The translations under genes and the position numbers were made by a program. The notes below the pieces were generated by a model. It ran no database searches and was not told the DNA's origin. It was given only the letters and a program-made list of their open reading frames with translations. Below are positions 1-12,539 of a stretch of 64,000 bases of DNA, one piece after another. The DNA is from Octopus vulgaris (taxonomy: Eukaryota), in NCBI GenBank assembly GCA_951406725.2, contig OX597816.1, positions 84,816,001 through 84,880,000 of the forward strand, read 5' to 3'. Numbering within the stretch: the stretch's first letter is position 1; each line of letters opens with the position of its first letter.

Positions 1-54
<54 letters not shown>
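1..54. repeat. (TAA)n microsatellite
   Basis: Directly visible trinucleotide run at the window start. Confidence 0.98.
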
Positions 55-56
<2 letters not shown>

Positions 57-610
57 GCCCTGATGCAGTACCAGGCAGTGGCTCTCATGGCTTCTGATCT
101 TAACTGATTGGAAGTGTTATCATGTACATTGTTTTGTCTTGGTATAAAAGATGGGCTACAGCAAATATTCTGCTCAATACCACAGATTTGCTTGTCAGTT
201 GTTTGACCTTAACCAGTTGAGCATGTCCCTTAGTGGCTGACAATATGTGCATCTCTGATCACGAGCAGAAGTAGTGGGGGAGCCTCATAGCCATGTGTTG
301 AGAGGGATTCTTTGGGGTTTGAATAGTTCACCACTGGAAACATGGGTGGTTTTTTCAACATCCTTAAACAACCCTTATTCAGGGACCGTTTGAGCGGGAT
401 GGGCTACTCAACTTGAAGAAAATTCTAACTGGGCCCCACCTGCAAGGTCATGTGCTGTTTATCTTGATATGAGATCACAATGTCGCGCACATATGGTTGT
501 GATGCATGTGCCTGGTATACCCTTATCAGACGGGTAGTCATGATGGGTATACTGGGCTTCGTATATTTTACCCCAGTGTCACTTTGATGGCATGCTCTGC
601 TCGCTCACTC
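55..610. mobile_element. ~555 bp non-coding interspersed repeat embedded in (TAA)n (copy 1)
   Basis: Flanked on both sides by TAA repeats. Its last ~400 bp are colinear with 1345-1730 (shared cccttagtggct, catccttaaacaa-ccttattcaggg, gaagaaaattc, tacccttatcag, gcttcgtatatt), and both end in ctc-aataataat. Confidence 0.8.
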
Positions 611-1344
611 AATAATAATAATATATGGATTCGATTATTTCCAATATTTTGAACATCAGAAATAAGAACAGTACCAACTTGGTGTATAAAGGTATGCATC
701 ATATTTCCTTATCGTTATTATATGTCACAGAAATATATTCTTCGGCAAATTTTTTCATGGATTACGGTTCGCCTTGTATAATATCTATGATTAAGAGGGC
801 TTTGTGAGAACCATGAATTTATAAACTGATAGCAGACCATGACTGATATATTATTGATTCAGTTAGTTGTACTTTAACTTATTAATGAAACTTATTTTAT
901 TCATTCTAAGATAGATGAAAAAAAAAATATCGACCACGGCGGATTTTAACTTCGAAAGTAGATAATTTGGTTTCATTTGATTTGGAACAAGACCAAAATC
1001 TTCAGGTTTAGGGAATACCACCAATTGAATCGATTCCAGATTTTTATAAGTACATAATTTATCGACTAGAGAGAAATAGAAGATAAAACGCAGCGTTCCA
1101 GAATTTCAGCTGAGAACATAGTAATTTATTTTGTATTCTTTTTAATCAAGAGAAAAATGAGCAGTGGCCACAGTCACTGCATGCCCTAAAATACTAGAAG
1201 AAAATTAAGGTTAATGTATAAACTGAACCTTGATGTAACAGGTTTGACCTGAATGCTCAAAACAGTGGACAGCTAAACAAATGACCTGGTGTAACTGTCG
1301 TTGTTGTATTCGTCGATCGGTCACAGATTCAAGCTTAGCAGGCT

Positions 1345-1738
1345 CAACCAGTAGTTCATTCCCTTAGTGGCTAACCATATGTGCATCTTTGCTCACAAGC
1401 AGGAGTAATGGGGAAGCATCATAGCCGCGTGTTGTGAGAAATGCTTTTGGAGTTTAAATAATTCACTCTTGGTAACATAACTGTGTCGTTAATCATCCTT
1501 AAACAAACCTTATTCAGGGGACTTTTAGATGGGATGGGCTTCTCTACCAGAAGAAAATTCGAACTGAGCCCCACTTGCAAAGTCATGCTCTGTCTATCTT
1601 GATATGAGGTCACTTTGTTGCACGCATGAGGTTGTGGTGCATGCGCCTGGTGTACCCTTATCAGGCAGGTAGTAATGTTGGGTATATTGTGCTTCGTATA
1701 TTTGTATGTAAGCTTGTGCTGCTCTCTCTCAATAATAA
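1345..1738. mobile_element. Diverged second copy of the 55-610 repeat
   Basis: Colinear similarity to 210-620 by eye, with the same terminal ctc+(AAT)n. Confidence 0.75.
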
Positions 1739-2132
1739 TCCTTTCTAATATAGGCGCAAGTCCTGAAATTTGGAGGAGGGGACTAGTCGATTACATCGAC
1801 CCCAGTACGAAGCTGGTACTTAATTTATCGACCGCGAAAAGATGAAAGACAAAGTCGACCTCAGCGGAATTAGAACTCAGAACGTAAAGACAGACGAAAT
1901 ACCTATTTCTTTACTGCCCACAAGAGGTTAAACACAGAGAGGACAAACAAGGACAGACAAACGGATTAAGTCGATTATATCGACTCCAGTGCGCAACTGG
2001 TACTTATTTAATCGACCACGAAAGGATAAAAGGCAAAGTCGACCACGGCGGAATTTGAACTCGGGGCGTAGCGGCAGACAAAATATCGCTTAGCATTTCA
2101 CCCGGCGTGCTAACGTTTCTGCCAGCTTGCCG
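1739..2132 (-). mobile_element. Two tandem/nested copies of tRNA-derived SINE family A (MetaSINE-like core)
   Basis: The reverse complement gives cggcaagctggcagaaacgttagc ... gagttcaaattccgcc (B-box) ... gccttttatcctttcgtggtcgattaaataagtaccagt; the B-box/core segment occurs twice (1739-1903, 1904-2132). Same family as 4908-5120. Confidence 0.85.
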
Positions 2133-2144
2133 TCATTCTCATTC

Positions 2145-2190
<46 letters not shown>

Positions 2191-2387
2191 GAGATAAATG
2201 GATAAGAAACATACATATCTGTATACACACATACACACATGCATACATACATAAATACAGGCAGGCACGCATGCACACACACATACATACATGCATGCAT
2301 ACATACATACATACATACATACATACATACATACATACATACATACATACATACGTACATACATACATACATTCATACATACATACA

Positions 2388-2420
<33 letters not shown>

Positions 2421-3018
2421 GCATAGACACATTTACACATACAGGTACCTGTGTATGAGTATTTTATATTGAAGAGCGTAATGACTGAATGGAGGTAATT
2501 TTGGTTGTATTTCTAACAGGTATGGTAACCTGATAGATGCTCAGTTGTTGGTGTTGTTAAATATGGATGCCATGTTTATTTTAAAGTCAATGATAATTTC
2601 TGTTGCTGTTGGAAGAAAATAAGGGAGTTGGTATAATTAACTGTATCAATAAAAATGCACGTCTCTCATTTTACCAACGCGGACAAAATGAAATCAAATA
2701 TTGGAAGATAATCATCGTCTTCATCCTGCCACCACTTCCACCTACACACACCGCTCGGTAAAAGTTGATATAATGATAAACGAAAATGAAAATTTCCATG
2801 AATTTCATGGTTTCATTGAAAGTCTTTTGTATAATTAGGAATTCTTAATGAAGAATTCCTAATTAAAAATATGTAAATTAGGATTATGTAATTAAGAATG
2901 CAAAAGAAATAATATTTTCGGGAATTGGAGATAGTCGTTCAAGGTTCATGTGATGCATAGCTCCTTGATCTCTTACAATTTCCATCTCCATTTCTCTTAC
3001 ATTCTTTCTTTCTTTCCT

Positions 3019-3082
<64 letters not shown>

Positions 3083-3363
3083 TCCTTCCTTCTTTCTTTC
3101 TTTCTTTCTTTCACTCCTTCTTTCTTTACATATACACATACATCGCCATATCATATTTCTGGCAACTACAATAGCATTGACTCAAACACCATATAGATAT
3201 ATTACTGTAAGCTCGTATTCATAGATGTTTGAATGAATATCTCAGACTGCTGGATCCTCAATTCTGAGAACACTAATCACATAGCAGAAACAGTTATAAG
3301 TTAATAAAAGTAATTACGCAAACCTTGTTCATGTATCATCCTTCAGTTACTACTACTACTACT

Positions 3364-3426
<63 letters not shown>

Positions 3427-3449
3427 ATAATAATAATAATAATGATGAT

Positions 3450-3630
3450 GTGATAAAATCAAACATTCAATGATGAGGGAAAAGATCAGAAAAGAATGCT
3501 ATCACAGGGTAAGTGCAATACTCAAGACAGAGCTGAATGCAAGAAGCAAGACTGAAGCGATCAATACCTTAGCCATATCGGTCGTGACTTACAGTTTCAA
3601 TATTATTAACTAGTCAATTGCTGAAATATG
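3450..3630 (+). mobile_element. R4/Dong-type non-LTR retrotransposon fragment (post-RT region)
   Basis: Translates DKIKHSMMREKIRKECYHRVSAILKTELNARSKTEAINTLAISVVTYSFNIIN. Homologous to 8690-8840 of the large element. Begins right after a (TAC)n(TAA)n run. Confidence 0.8.
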
Positions 3631-3811
3631 TAGTCTTGACAGAAAAATGAACCAATGTTAATTGATTCAAAATGGGATCGATAGAATATGTACCAGACTT
3701 TAAAATATTAGTACTGGAGTCGATCTTCTCGACTAAAACCCTTAAGATGGTCCGATGGTCCCCTGGCTGGCTGAAAACCGATGATTGAAATTAAAAAAAG
3801 AATTTGTGTAT

Positions 3812-3861
<50 letters not shown>

Positions 3862-4502
3862 GCGCGTGTGTATTAGTATGCATGCATTTGTTTATTTTAA
3901 TGTATATAAGACCTTGGTTTAATACTTGCAAAGCATTCAGTTTTTCTTTTTCTAAGCACTGTTAATATATGGAGTTGGATAGATTTTTACCAGCTAGTTT
4001 TAATATGGTATGTAATCTGTACTGAAGGCTTCAGATTTAAGCCTATAATTGCGTATTCCTCTTTACTGGTCATTGACCGAATAAAAGATACGATAAACAC
4101 TTTTAAATAAGCCGCCATATGATAGATATCATTTCTCTCTTTATTGCCAGCTGAAAAATCTAGCACGATATAGCAATGCAGCATCTTGGCATTTTCAATT
4201 AAAAGTAAAAAGAGGAGTGATTTGAAAAAGTAGTGATATTGAAATTGCACAGACAAGGAGGTGAAACCTCTCAATGATTTCTTTTGTTGGTCTTTGATAA
4301 TAAAGAAGCATCACTTTTCGTGTAACTGCACGTTACATATATTGTACTGTAGTATCAGAGTATGATACATATGGAAAATACATATGTATGCTAACGTATT
4401 ATAGCTAGAAAATGTTTAGCTGGCTAGATTAGAAATGGCATTTGCAAGAAAAGGTGTATGGAAAGGTTATATGCCGTTTTGTATGTATATTTCTGTATTG
4501 AA

Positions 4503-4735
4503 AGGCGCGTGGCGTAGTGGTTAGGATGTAGGACTCATGATCGTAAGATTGTGGTTTCGTTTCCTCTACCGGGCGACGCGTTGTTTTCTTGAGCAAAACC
4601 CCTCATTTCAGGTTGCTCCAGTCCAATCAGCTGGTAAAAATGAATAATCCTGCGTCCCAACCAGGTGGGAAATTTATAGCCATTGAAACTGGGAAACGGG
4701 CCCTTATGTGTCAGCATGGCTCGAGGAAGTTAACT
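4503..4735 (+). mobile_element. tRNA-derived SINE family B (V-SINE-like)
   Basis: tRNA-like head ggcgcgtggcgtagtggttagg (A-box) and ggtttcgtttcc (B-box-like). Tail gaaactgggaaacgggccc is shared with 42071-42375. Confidence 0.7.
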
Positions 4736-4907
4736 AAAATAAAAGAAATTTAACCTTCACAAAACTTGTATATGAACAGACCGTAGTATATGAAATCGTG
4801 AAAGAGTCTCTACTGTTCTTGGTGTTGTTACTCTTTTTGCAGACTTCCAACTACTTATTAGCATATATGAGGCATTTTGCTTTATTAATTGCTTAAGAAA
4901 CAAAATG

Positions 4908-5120
4908 GCGGCGAACCAGTAGAATCATTAGCACACTAGACGAAATGGTTAGCGGTATTTTGGTCGTCGCTACGTTCTCGGTTCAAATTCCGCCGAGGTT
5001 GACTTTACATTTCATCCTTTCGGGGTCGATAAAATAAGTACCAGTTACGCACTGGGGTCGATGTAATCAACTTATCCCTCCTCAAAATGTCAGGCTTTGT
5101 GCCTATATTAGAAAAGATTA
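4908..5120 (+). mobile_element. tRNA-derived SINE family A
   Basis: ggcggcgaaccagtagaatcattagc ... ggttcaaattccgccgagg ... ttcatcctttcggggtcgataaaataagtaccag ... ggctttgtgcctatattagaaaag. Confidence 0.85.
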
Positions 5121-5460
5121 ATTGCTTAAGAAACTGTTCTTTATCTTTTTCCACTCATAAATTCATTATTTTGATTTTATATTGTTTAATTTTGGCCACT
5201 GTAGTGTTATGCATTGTATCATAATTATGTGTGGTAGTTATTTTGGATATAAAGAATTATTAAGAGTAAATAAAATCGTAAAAGTTTATGAAACAAACCA
5301 CTTTTTATTTTTTCGTTATCTATTCCGGCTATCGAGGAAGGACTTCCTCAGGCAATAATTCAGTTTTACTAGTAGTCCTGAGAAAATTTCATTTGATAAT
5401 GATTGAATGAATCGTGTCTGGAAGGGAGAAGCAAAATAAGTCTTCGCACTAAGAGAACCA

Positions 5461-5482
5461 AATAATAATAATAATAATAATC

Positions 5483-5540
<58 letters not shown>

Positions 5541-5561
5541 TAATAATAATAATAATAATAA
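5461..5561. repeat. (AAT)n microsatellite
   Basis: Directly visible. Confidence 0.97.
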
Positions 5562-6063
5562 CGAATAGCTACGGGCTAAATAACAACATGGACGTGCACC
5601 AAGAAGCTCTCTCCACAAAACGAATTCATTTTAACAACATCAACGAAATGGAAAGAAAACTTGGCAATAAATCTGAGGGAAATGTTCTTTTAAAGCGCAT
5701 CAACTAAAAAGAAAAAAAAGAACTAAATTATTGTTCGATAAAACATAATTTCTTTTACGCATACCTCAATGTGACACGTGCGAAAAATCGAACAATCGAA
5801 AAATCTGAATCAACATCAGGAACTTCGGTATAAATCCGCTATATGCACAGTAAATGCGTAAACTAATTAGCTACGTATCTACTCAACGGTTTATGCATAC
5901 ATATACATGTGTTAATACTTATGTACGGCGAAAATAATGTTAACATCACACACACACACACAGAGGCACACTCAAAAACATGAACACAAAAGAGCAAATA
6001 ACCACTGAATTTAAAATCACCAATAAATAATCATGTTAGAAGACACATCAAACAAAAAAATTA

Positions 6064-6111
<48 letters not shown>

Positions 6112-6539
6112 GCGGAGAGGGAAATAGATTTCGTTCTGTAGACCCCATGCGATTACGATATGTGAAACATATCCCTTCAAAGATCTCGGAGGCGGTCTTC
6201 TAACAAAAGGTCAACTCTAAATATACAAACCCGTCTCCTAATGCCAATGGCAACAAGCCAAATTCCAACACAACAAAGCAGAAACTATACCGGATCGGTC
6301 ATCAGTCGGGTGGATAAAGGCTGCGTCATCATCAGCAGAAGCAGCCGTTCAAGAATTTGGACCTGGAGATCTCCATTTCCAGCGACCTCGAGGGCCATCT
6401 CCCAGTGGTGTTGTGCGTCAACGAAGAACCCTCGACTACAACAAGACGACCAAAGTGTTTTTTTCCAAGGTCTGGGGTCTCCTGCCCCTAAGCCCTAGAC
6501 CATCACCTAATTATCCTTACCCGTCTTGTTGCTTAACAA

Positions 6540-9500
6540 CAACAACAACAATCAGCAGAAGCATTCAGGGGAAGAAAAGTTTGCTATTGTTTCAAACCTC
6601 CCCAAAAATATGTGTCTTGAGGTTTCCTACAGTAGGACTTGCCCTGAAGGCCCTCCATGCCCAACATCTGAAGGCACCAGTCAAAGCATTGAAAGAAATT
6701 GTCCAGAAGAGATAATAAACAAGTCATTGAGGCTTACTATACCAACTAGTATCAACTATCAGACGTCCCAAACACTGAACAATATAGAACTCGGAGCGAA
6801 CCTTTACAAACACAGACAGGAACCGGCTTTCAAGTGTTCGAAGAAATATTATAAAATGAAATTTGTTAGCCGACATTGAAATTGACAAATTAAAGAAAAT
6901 CTAAAATCAGATTTTAGAAATGACCCATCGATTACAACACGCAAATTAACAGACAAAATCTACGTGAGAGTCATAAATGAAAGATCTTTGCAGGAAGAAG
7001 TAAGCAACAAAAAACATACAACCAAAAACAACCAAAATTCTCTCCCTGGCGATCACACCATTGCAGATGAACATACAAAAAAGCTATCAACAATTTAGAG
7101 AAAAAAATATTCTGAACAAAACAAGAGAGCTGAAAAACGTAAAGAACATATAATTACTGAATAGATAAAAATCTAAAATATGGACTTTAAAGAACGCAGC
7201 AACTTTCTTAAAGTTCACAATACTAAAGAAAATGACAACACAACGCTTGAGTCCATCGTAAACGATGATGAATTAAAAATTACATCCATAGATGAAGCAT
7301 GCTTTGCTGCTGCTACTGACTGCACCTAAATGAGTGGTATACAACTGAAACAAAAAGGTGGTGGTATATCTTCATAAAGAACCAACGTGACAAGAAATAA
7401 TCAAGAAGTAAATTGATGTTCGCCGATCTGATATAGAAACATTGAAAAACTTAAGTAACAATGATAATATGAAACCATCTAAGAGGAGAAAGATAATGCG
7501 AAAGTACGAACTAAAGTTAGAACACCACTTTGCTGAGTTAGTGGAAAATTTAAAGCAAAAAGTGTAGGCCAAAGCTGTGCGTATATGATGCTTCGAAAAA
7601 CAGTCTGCGTTCTTCAAAGACAACAATATATTTAAAAATAAACCAAATATGTTCTGTTGGTATATTGGAAAGAACATCATCAAAATAGAAGTCACAGCAG
7701 AGCATGAAATTCACTGTGATGCTCCTTGTGTAAATAGACAAGAAGACACTGGTCTTATAGAAGAGCAAATATGGGAAGAGAATAGTGTAGACAATGCCAG
7801 ACTCACCAGTAAATGGAAGTCACCTGATATGGGTAAAGTCTTAATCTATTGGTTCAATGTGTTTACAAAATCACACTAGGAAATAACATCTTGTTACAAC
7901 GCCATTATAATGGAACCACTGACGATCCCAGAATGATTGGCCAATGGTGTCTCTTTTTTATTGTTCCTTCAAAATCATGAAACAGAAATCCTAAGAACTA
8001 CAGCCAATGTATAAGACCCGAACATCTTTCCTAATGGAACGCACACATGCTTTTTCATCAGCAACATTCTCACCTATGATGTAAATGTGGGACTTATCGG
8101 TGCAGGTATCAACCGTTAATTAACAGAATGATTTTAGAAGAATGTCACAATGGGGGGGAAAACATCTCATCGTGGACTAGATAGACTACAAGAAGCCTTT
8201 GATAGTCTTCCGCACAGCCAGATAAAGGAAAGTTTGAAGATGTTCAAAATGTCACAGTAATCAGCAACTTCGTTTCTTACACCATGAGGCTCTGGAAATT
8301 GACTTTCCAACACAGTATTGACTGTAGAAACTTTCACGCAAATCAAGGAAATGTATCCCCTTCTTTATTCTTCTTTACTTCGTTTTCTCTAAGTAAACTC
8401 CAGAATAAAACAAATTATGGATACAAAGTGTACAGAAAAAACCCCACTTAATCATCTCATCTATATGAATGACATGAAACTGTTCGCAAAACCTACCAAC
8501 AATTGCAAGCATTCCTATATACAGTCAAACAATTTAGTGATAGCATCATCATGGAATATGAGTTTGATAAATGCGTTAAGACTACATTTACCAAAGAAAA
8601 TCTATGAAACATGCAAAATCACTCTAGGCACCGAAGCAAAAGAATTAGAACAAGTATTTAGGAGTATTTGAAAGAGGCGGGATTAAACACTCGACAACGA
8701 GAGAAAATACAAGAGAGGAATGCTACCGAAGAGTAAGAGAGTAAGAACCATTTTGAAAACCGAGCTGAATACCAGAGACAAAATTGAGACCATAAACATA
8801 TTTGTCATGTCTTTGATCACATACAGCTTCAATATTCAATATTTCTAAGATCGTCGTAGTAGGTGTCGAAATACGAAGGCTAATGGCAATGCACCGTAAG
8901 CAACATTCCCAAATTGAACACAGATCAAATATACTTCCCGAGAAAACAAAGTGGTTGAGGGTTAATTCAAGCCGTACACATTTTGAAAATTGCAACAACT
9001 AAACGACTAGATGTTAAAGCTGGTTCTGAAACACCATGGTTGCACTCGGTGACGAAAAATGCCTCCGAGAAATGCAACTAGACGAACTAGTATCCGAAGA
9101 AAATGTTTCCAACAGACTAGACAAAACAAATAAAAAACTGTAGCCAAACAAACCAGCTTCCTACATATTAAGGACTAGAATATACCCGACTAGAATCAGG
9201 GACCCTGATGAAGATCAAGCTCTTACACATCAATGACTGTCATATACTGTCTCAAATCAGAAACTAAGGAGTATATCAATGGTGCTCAGGACAAATCCCT
9301 TCCAACTAGGAATTACCAGAGTAATGTCATGAGACATGAAAGTAGCTCATCATGGTGCATATGCAGAGAACACCCAAAGACATTCGACCACATAATCTCT
9401 GGTTGCAGCAGATTGTCACCACTAAAATACTTGCAAAGGCATGAAAGGATAGCTCAGTAACACACTAATCAATATGCCAACACAAAAGCAATTGGTGGGA

Positions 9501-9890
9501 ACATAAACCACAAATTGCTCAAAATGCCCAAGTTACTATCCTTCGGAAGTTCAGTGTTCAGATTGATCGAGAAATAAAGCAACCGATCTGATACCATTAT
9601 GAAAAATAATGTTGAAAAGACTTGTCTTCTGATTGATATTGTAGCTCCAGTTGACAAAACAGATCTCCGAAAACGTTTGAAAAACTGAGCAAATATAAGG
9701 ACCTGATGGAAAACGGAGGAATGTAGCATCCCAAAAGAACATTACCTATTATTATTGGGGCACTTGGAATTATATCAAAAGGAACAAACAAGTGTGTAAA
9801 CCAAATCGTTGACAACCCCAAGATGAGTGAATTACAAATGATGATACTAATGGTTACCTCACATATTCTACGCAAATTCTTCTCCATGTA
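6540..9890 (+). mobile_element. Decayed R4/Dong-clade non-LTR retrotransposon (RT + CCHC + restriction-like endonuclease)
   Basis: Motifs in order across frameshifts: ENLKQKV*AKAVRI (~7545), KWKSPD (~7810), IDYK-AFDSLPH (~8180), HLIYMNDMKLFAK (YMDD-like, ~8455), CICREHPKTFDHIISGC zinc knuckle and RHERIA (9355-9455), NRSD...TCLLIDIVAP (PD..D RLE, ~9580-9650), KLSKYKDL, LPIIIGALGII, ELQMMILMVTSHILRKF (C-terminus ~9885). The 5' boundary is uncertain. Confidence 0.9.
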
Positions 9891-9924
9891 AGTTTAGTCA
9901 TACTCATGGGTTTTTTTTCTCTCA

Positions 9925-10554
9925 GACAAAATGCAGCGAAAAATGGTGCCTGTACATCAATATGAAGCACCGTAAGGAATGGCTTAGCCCCGGTAAACAT
10001 GCGACACCGCGCGTGAAACAAGATCTTCATCCGCGTAAAACGATATTGTGCGTATGGTGTGACTAGGAAGAGATTATCCATTACGAATTGCTTGAACGGA
10101 ACCAACAGATGGAACGACTCAACACGGCTATTCAAGAGAAAAGGCATAATCGGCAGCATAGAGTTGTTCTGCTGCACGACAACGCTCGCCTTCATATCGC
10201 CAATATGACCAAGGAAGCCATTCAAATGCATGGCTGGGAAGTGCTGCCACGCCCGCCGTACTCTCCTGATTTGGCACTAACGGATGTGCACCTCTTTCCA
10301 TCTATTTCAAATGCTATGAGCGGAGTTTCGTTCAATACTGATGCAGAATTGGGAGCATGCTTGGATCAATTTTTCGAGTCGAAATCAGGTGATTTCTACC
10401 AACGATGTATTGAAAATCTTGTTGAACGTTGGGAAGAAGTTGTAAGCAACAAGGTTGAATACATCATTGATTAATTAGTTGTTATCTTTTATTAAACCTT
10501 TTAAAATATTTAAATTTTTAAAAAAACGGCGGGAACGCAGTTGCCAACCTAATA
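9925..10554 (+). mobile_element. Mariner (D34D) transposon, 5'-truncated remnant with right TIR
   Basis: SEKWCLYINMKHRKEW (DEKW motif), HDNARLH and RPPYSPDLALTDVHLF in ORF 10088-10474. Ends with a mariner-like TIR ...ttgccaacctaa followed by TA. Confidence 0.9.
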
Positions 10555-11013
10555 GTTAAACGTGTGTCCAACTCAGTCTCTGTTTCGCACTTTCCACTCA
10601 CACAGGCATGTATATTTGTAGATATGTAAACTTACATAATTGGATAGCACAGGGTATGTATGGATGGTAATGCCTTCCCATGCAATATCAATTATTTCTC
10701 ACTGATGTAACAGATACCGTTAAACTCTGACTGTGAAACATGGGGACAGTTTACGGAATCTTGAAATCGAAAAAATAAGGGCGACACACACGCACACATA
10801 CACACACATACACACATATACACATACACGCACAAACACACATGCAACATTGAAATTCATTCCGTTACCCTACAGATACAAGCTGAAACACTTTCATAGA
10901 TGTACATGTACATATATGCACATCATTTGAATGCACGTATATGCATGCATATATGTGTGCGTATGAGTGTGTATGAGCACGCACGCATGTACTTATATTT
11001 ATGTAGACAGTTA

Positions 11014-11090
<77 letters not shown>

Positions 11091-11162
11091 GTCTGTCTGT
11101 CTATCTATTTATCTGTCTATCTGTATCCATATTCATATATACATATATAAGGGTGTGTCCCT

Positions 11163-11192
<30 letters not shown>

Positions 11193-11194
<2 letters not shown>

Positions 11195-11280
11195 TCCCCC
11201 TAGCGATAAACTAATACATCTCTTTCTTGTTTATACACCTATCTTCGTCTTTTGTTTTCTTTTGTAAATTCCAACTATAA
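11193..11280 (+). mobile_element. 3' fragment of hammerhead-bearing short element family (as at 29612-29810 and 62266-62470)
   Basis: agcgataaactaatacatc ... tacacctatcttcgtcttttg matches those copies; lies between (TA)n tracts. Confidence 0.7.
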
Positions 11281-11281
11281 A

Positions 11282-11341
<60 letters not shown>

Positions 11342-11363
11342 TGTATATATATATATATGTCTG

Positions 11364-11501
<138 letters not shown>

Positions 11502-11640
11502 ATTATCTTTTACGATAGGTTCTTATTTCTTAATAGAATTGCAATAGAAATTCGAATATGTGATGTGGAAAGGTTAGAAATTGCATATGTTCTGTATATA
11601 TTTCATTTGGTATTTTTCATTCTTATGCTTTTCTTAACAG

Positions 11641-11690
11641 GTCTGTATAGCGTCAAATAGAGAACGAAATTGAAGATTTGAACCTTGCGG
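11641..11690 (+). other. Candidate 50-nt non-coding exon
   Basis: Strong acceptor (ttttcattcttatgctttttcttaacAG) and donor (GCGG|gtaaga). Stop codons in all three frames. Confidence 0.3.
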
Positions 11691-12539
11691 GTAAGACTTA
11701 AATCAGTCTTAGAGGAAAATTAGTTAAGACTGCATAGAGCATATGAATTAATTGCTTACAGATAAGATTGTTACTTTTAGGCTTGGTGTAAAACAATAAG
11801 GAAAATTTAAGCCCTCGAGAGATATGTGGGTCTTGCAATTTCCTAGATCACTAATTGCATAATATTCAGTAACAGTTGATTTATTCAGGATATTATCCGA
11901 TATCTAAAAACGTTGTGATACAGTGTTATGGTTCTAATTGCATAGAAACACATAGGAGTCAAGCGGGTCGTTTAATCTATAAACCGTTTGATAAACAAAA
12001 CAGGAAAAAAAGCAATCTCTATTCTGTGTGGTTTACAATTTCTTTCTAATTTTCAAATTAAACATTCTGATACGCAATGCACACGCACACGCATGCGTGC
12101 GCACATACACACACAAACAAATATGCATGCACACACACGCACACACACACATATACACAAAACACCCTCTCTCTCTCATACACTAACGCATGCATGCAAG
12201 TGCATACCTCTACAAAATACATAGGCATTCGTATATTTCGATCTTGTGTATTCCAGTTGTTGGATCAAATCAATACACCAGTCATTGTATTAGTATGTTA
12301 ATGGCCGAGTATTCCCAGGATATTTATGCTCTTAACGTAAATCTCAGGCAGTTACAACATAACACATCATCGGACCAGGTTTCTTTATTGAATTTACTGG
12401 TAGAAAATTTTCCATGGGCTAAAACCCCCCTTTTTTATTCCTTTTTGCTTAACTTTGAGTGATCTTGAACCGACAGTAAAAAAGCAGCTAACCTTAATGC
12501 CATATATATATTTAAGATATACATATGCACACATATGTA

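Noticed and set aside
4503-4575. tRNA-like sequence (also 42071-42140)
   Set aside because: The cloverleaf is degenerate and continues into a SINE body, so it is a SINE head, not a tRNA gene.
9206-9225. CTGATGAAG motif resembling a hammerhead core
   Set aside because: It lies within the R4/Dong coding region, with no helix II/GAAA partner.
9888-9925. GTAAGT...polyY-CAG between the R4 element and the mariner, suggesting a spliced fusion
   Set aside because: At only ~38 nt it is too short for a typical intron, and both elements are decayed.
10088-10474. Possible domesticated SETMAR-like gene
   Set aside because: There is no SET domain, the N-terminus is missing, internal deletions are present and a TIR is retained, so it is an ordinary mariner fossil.
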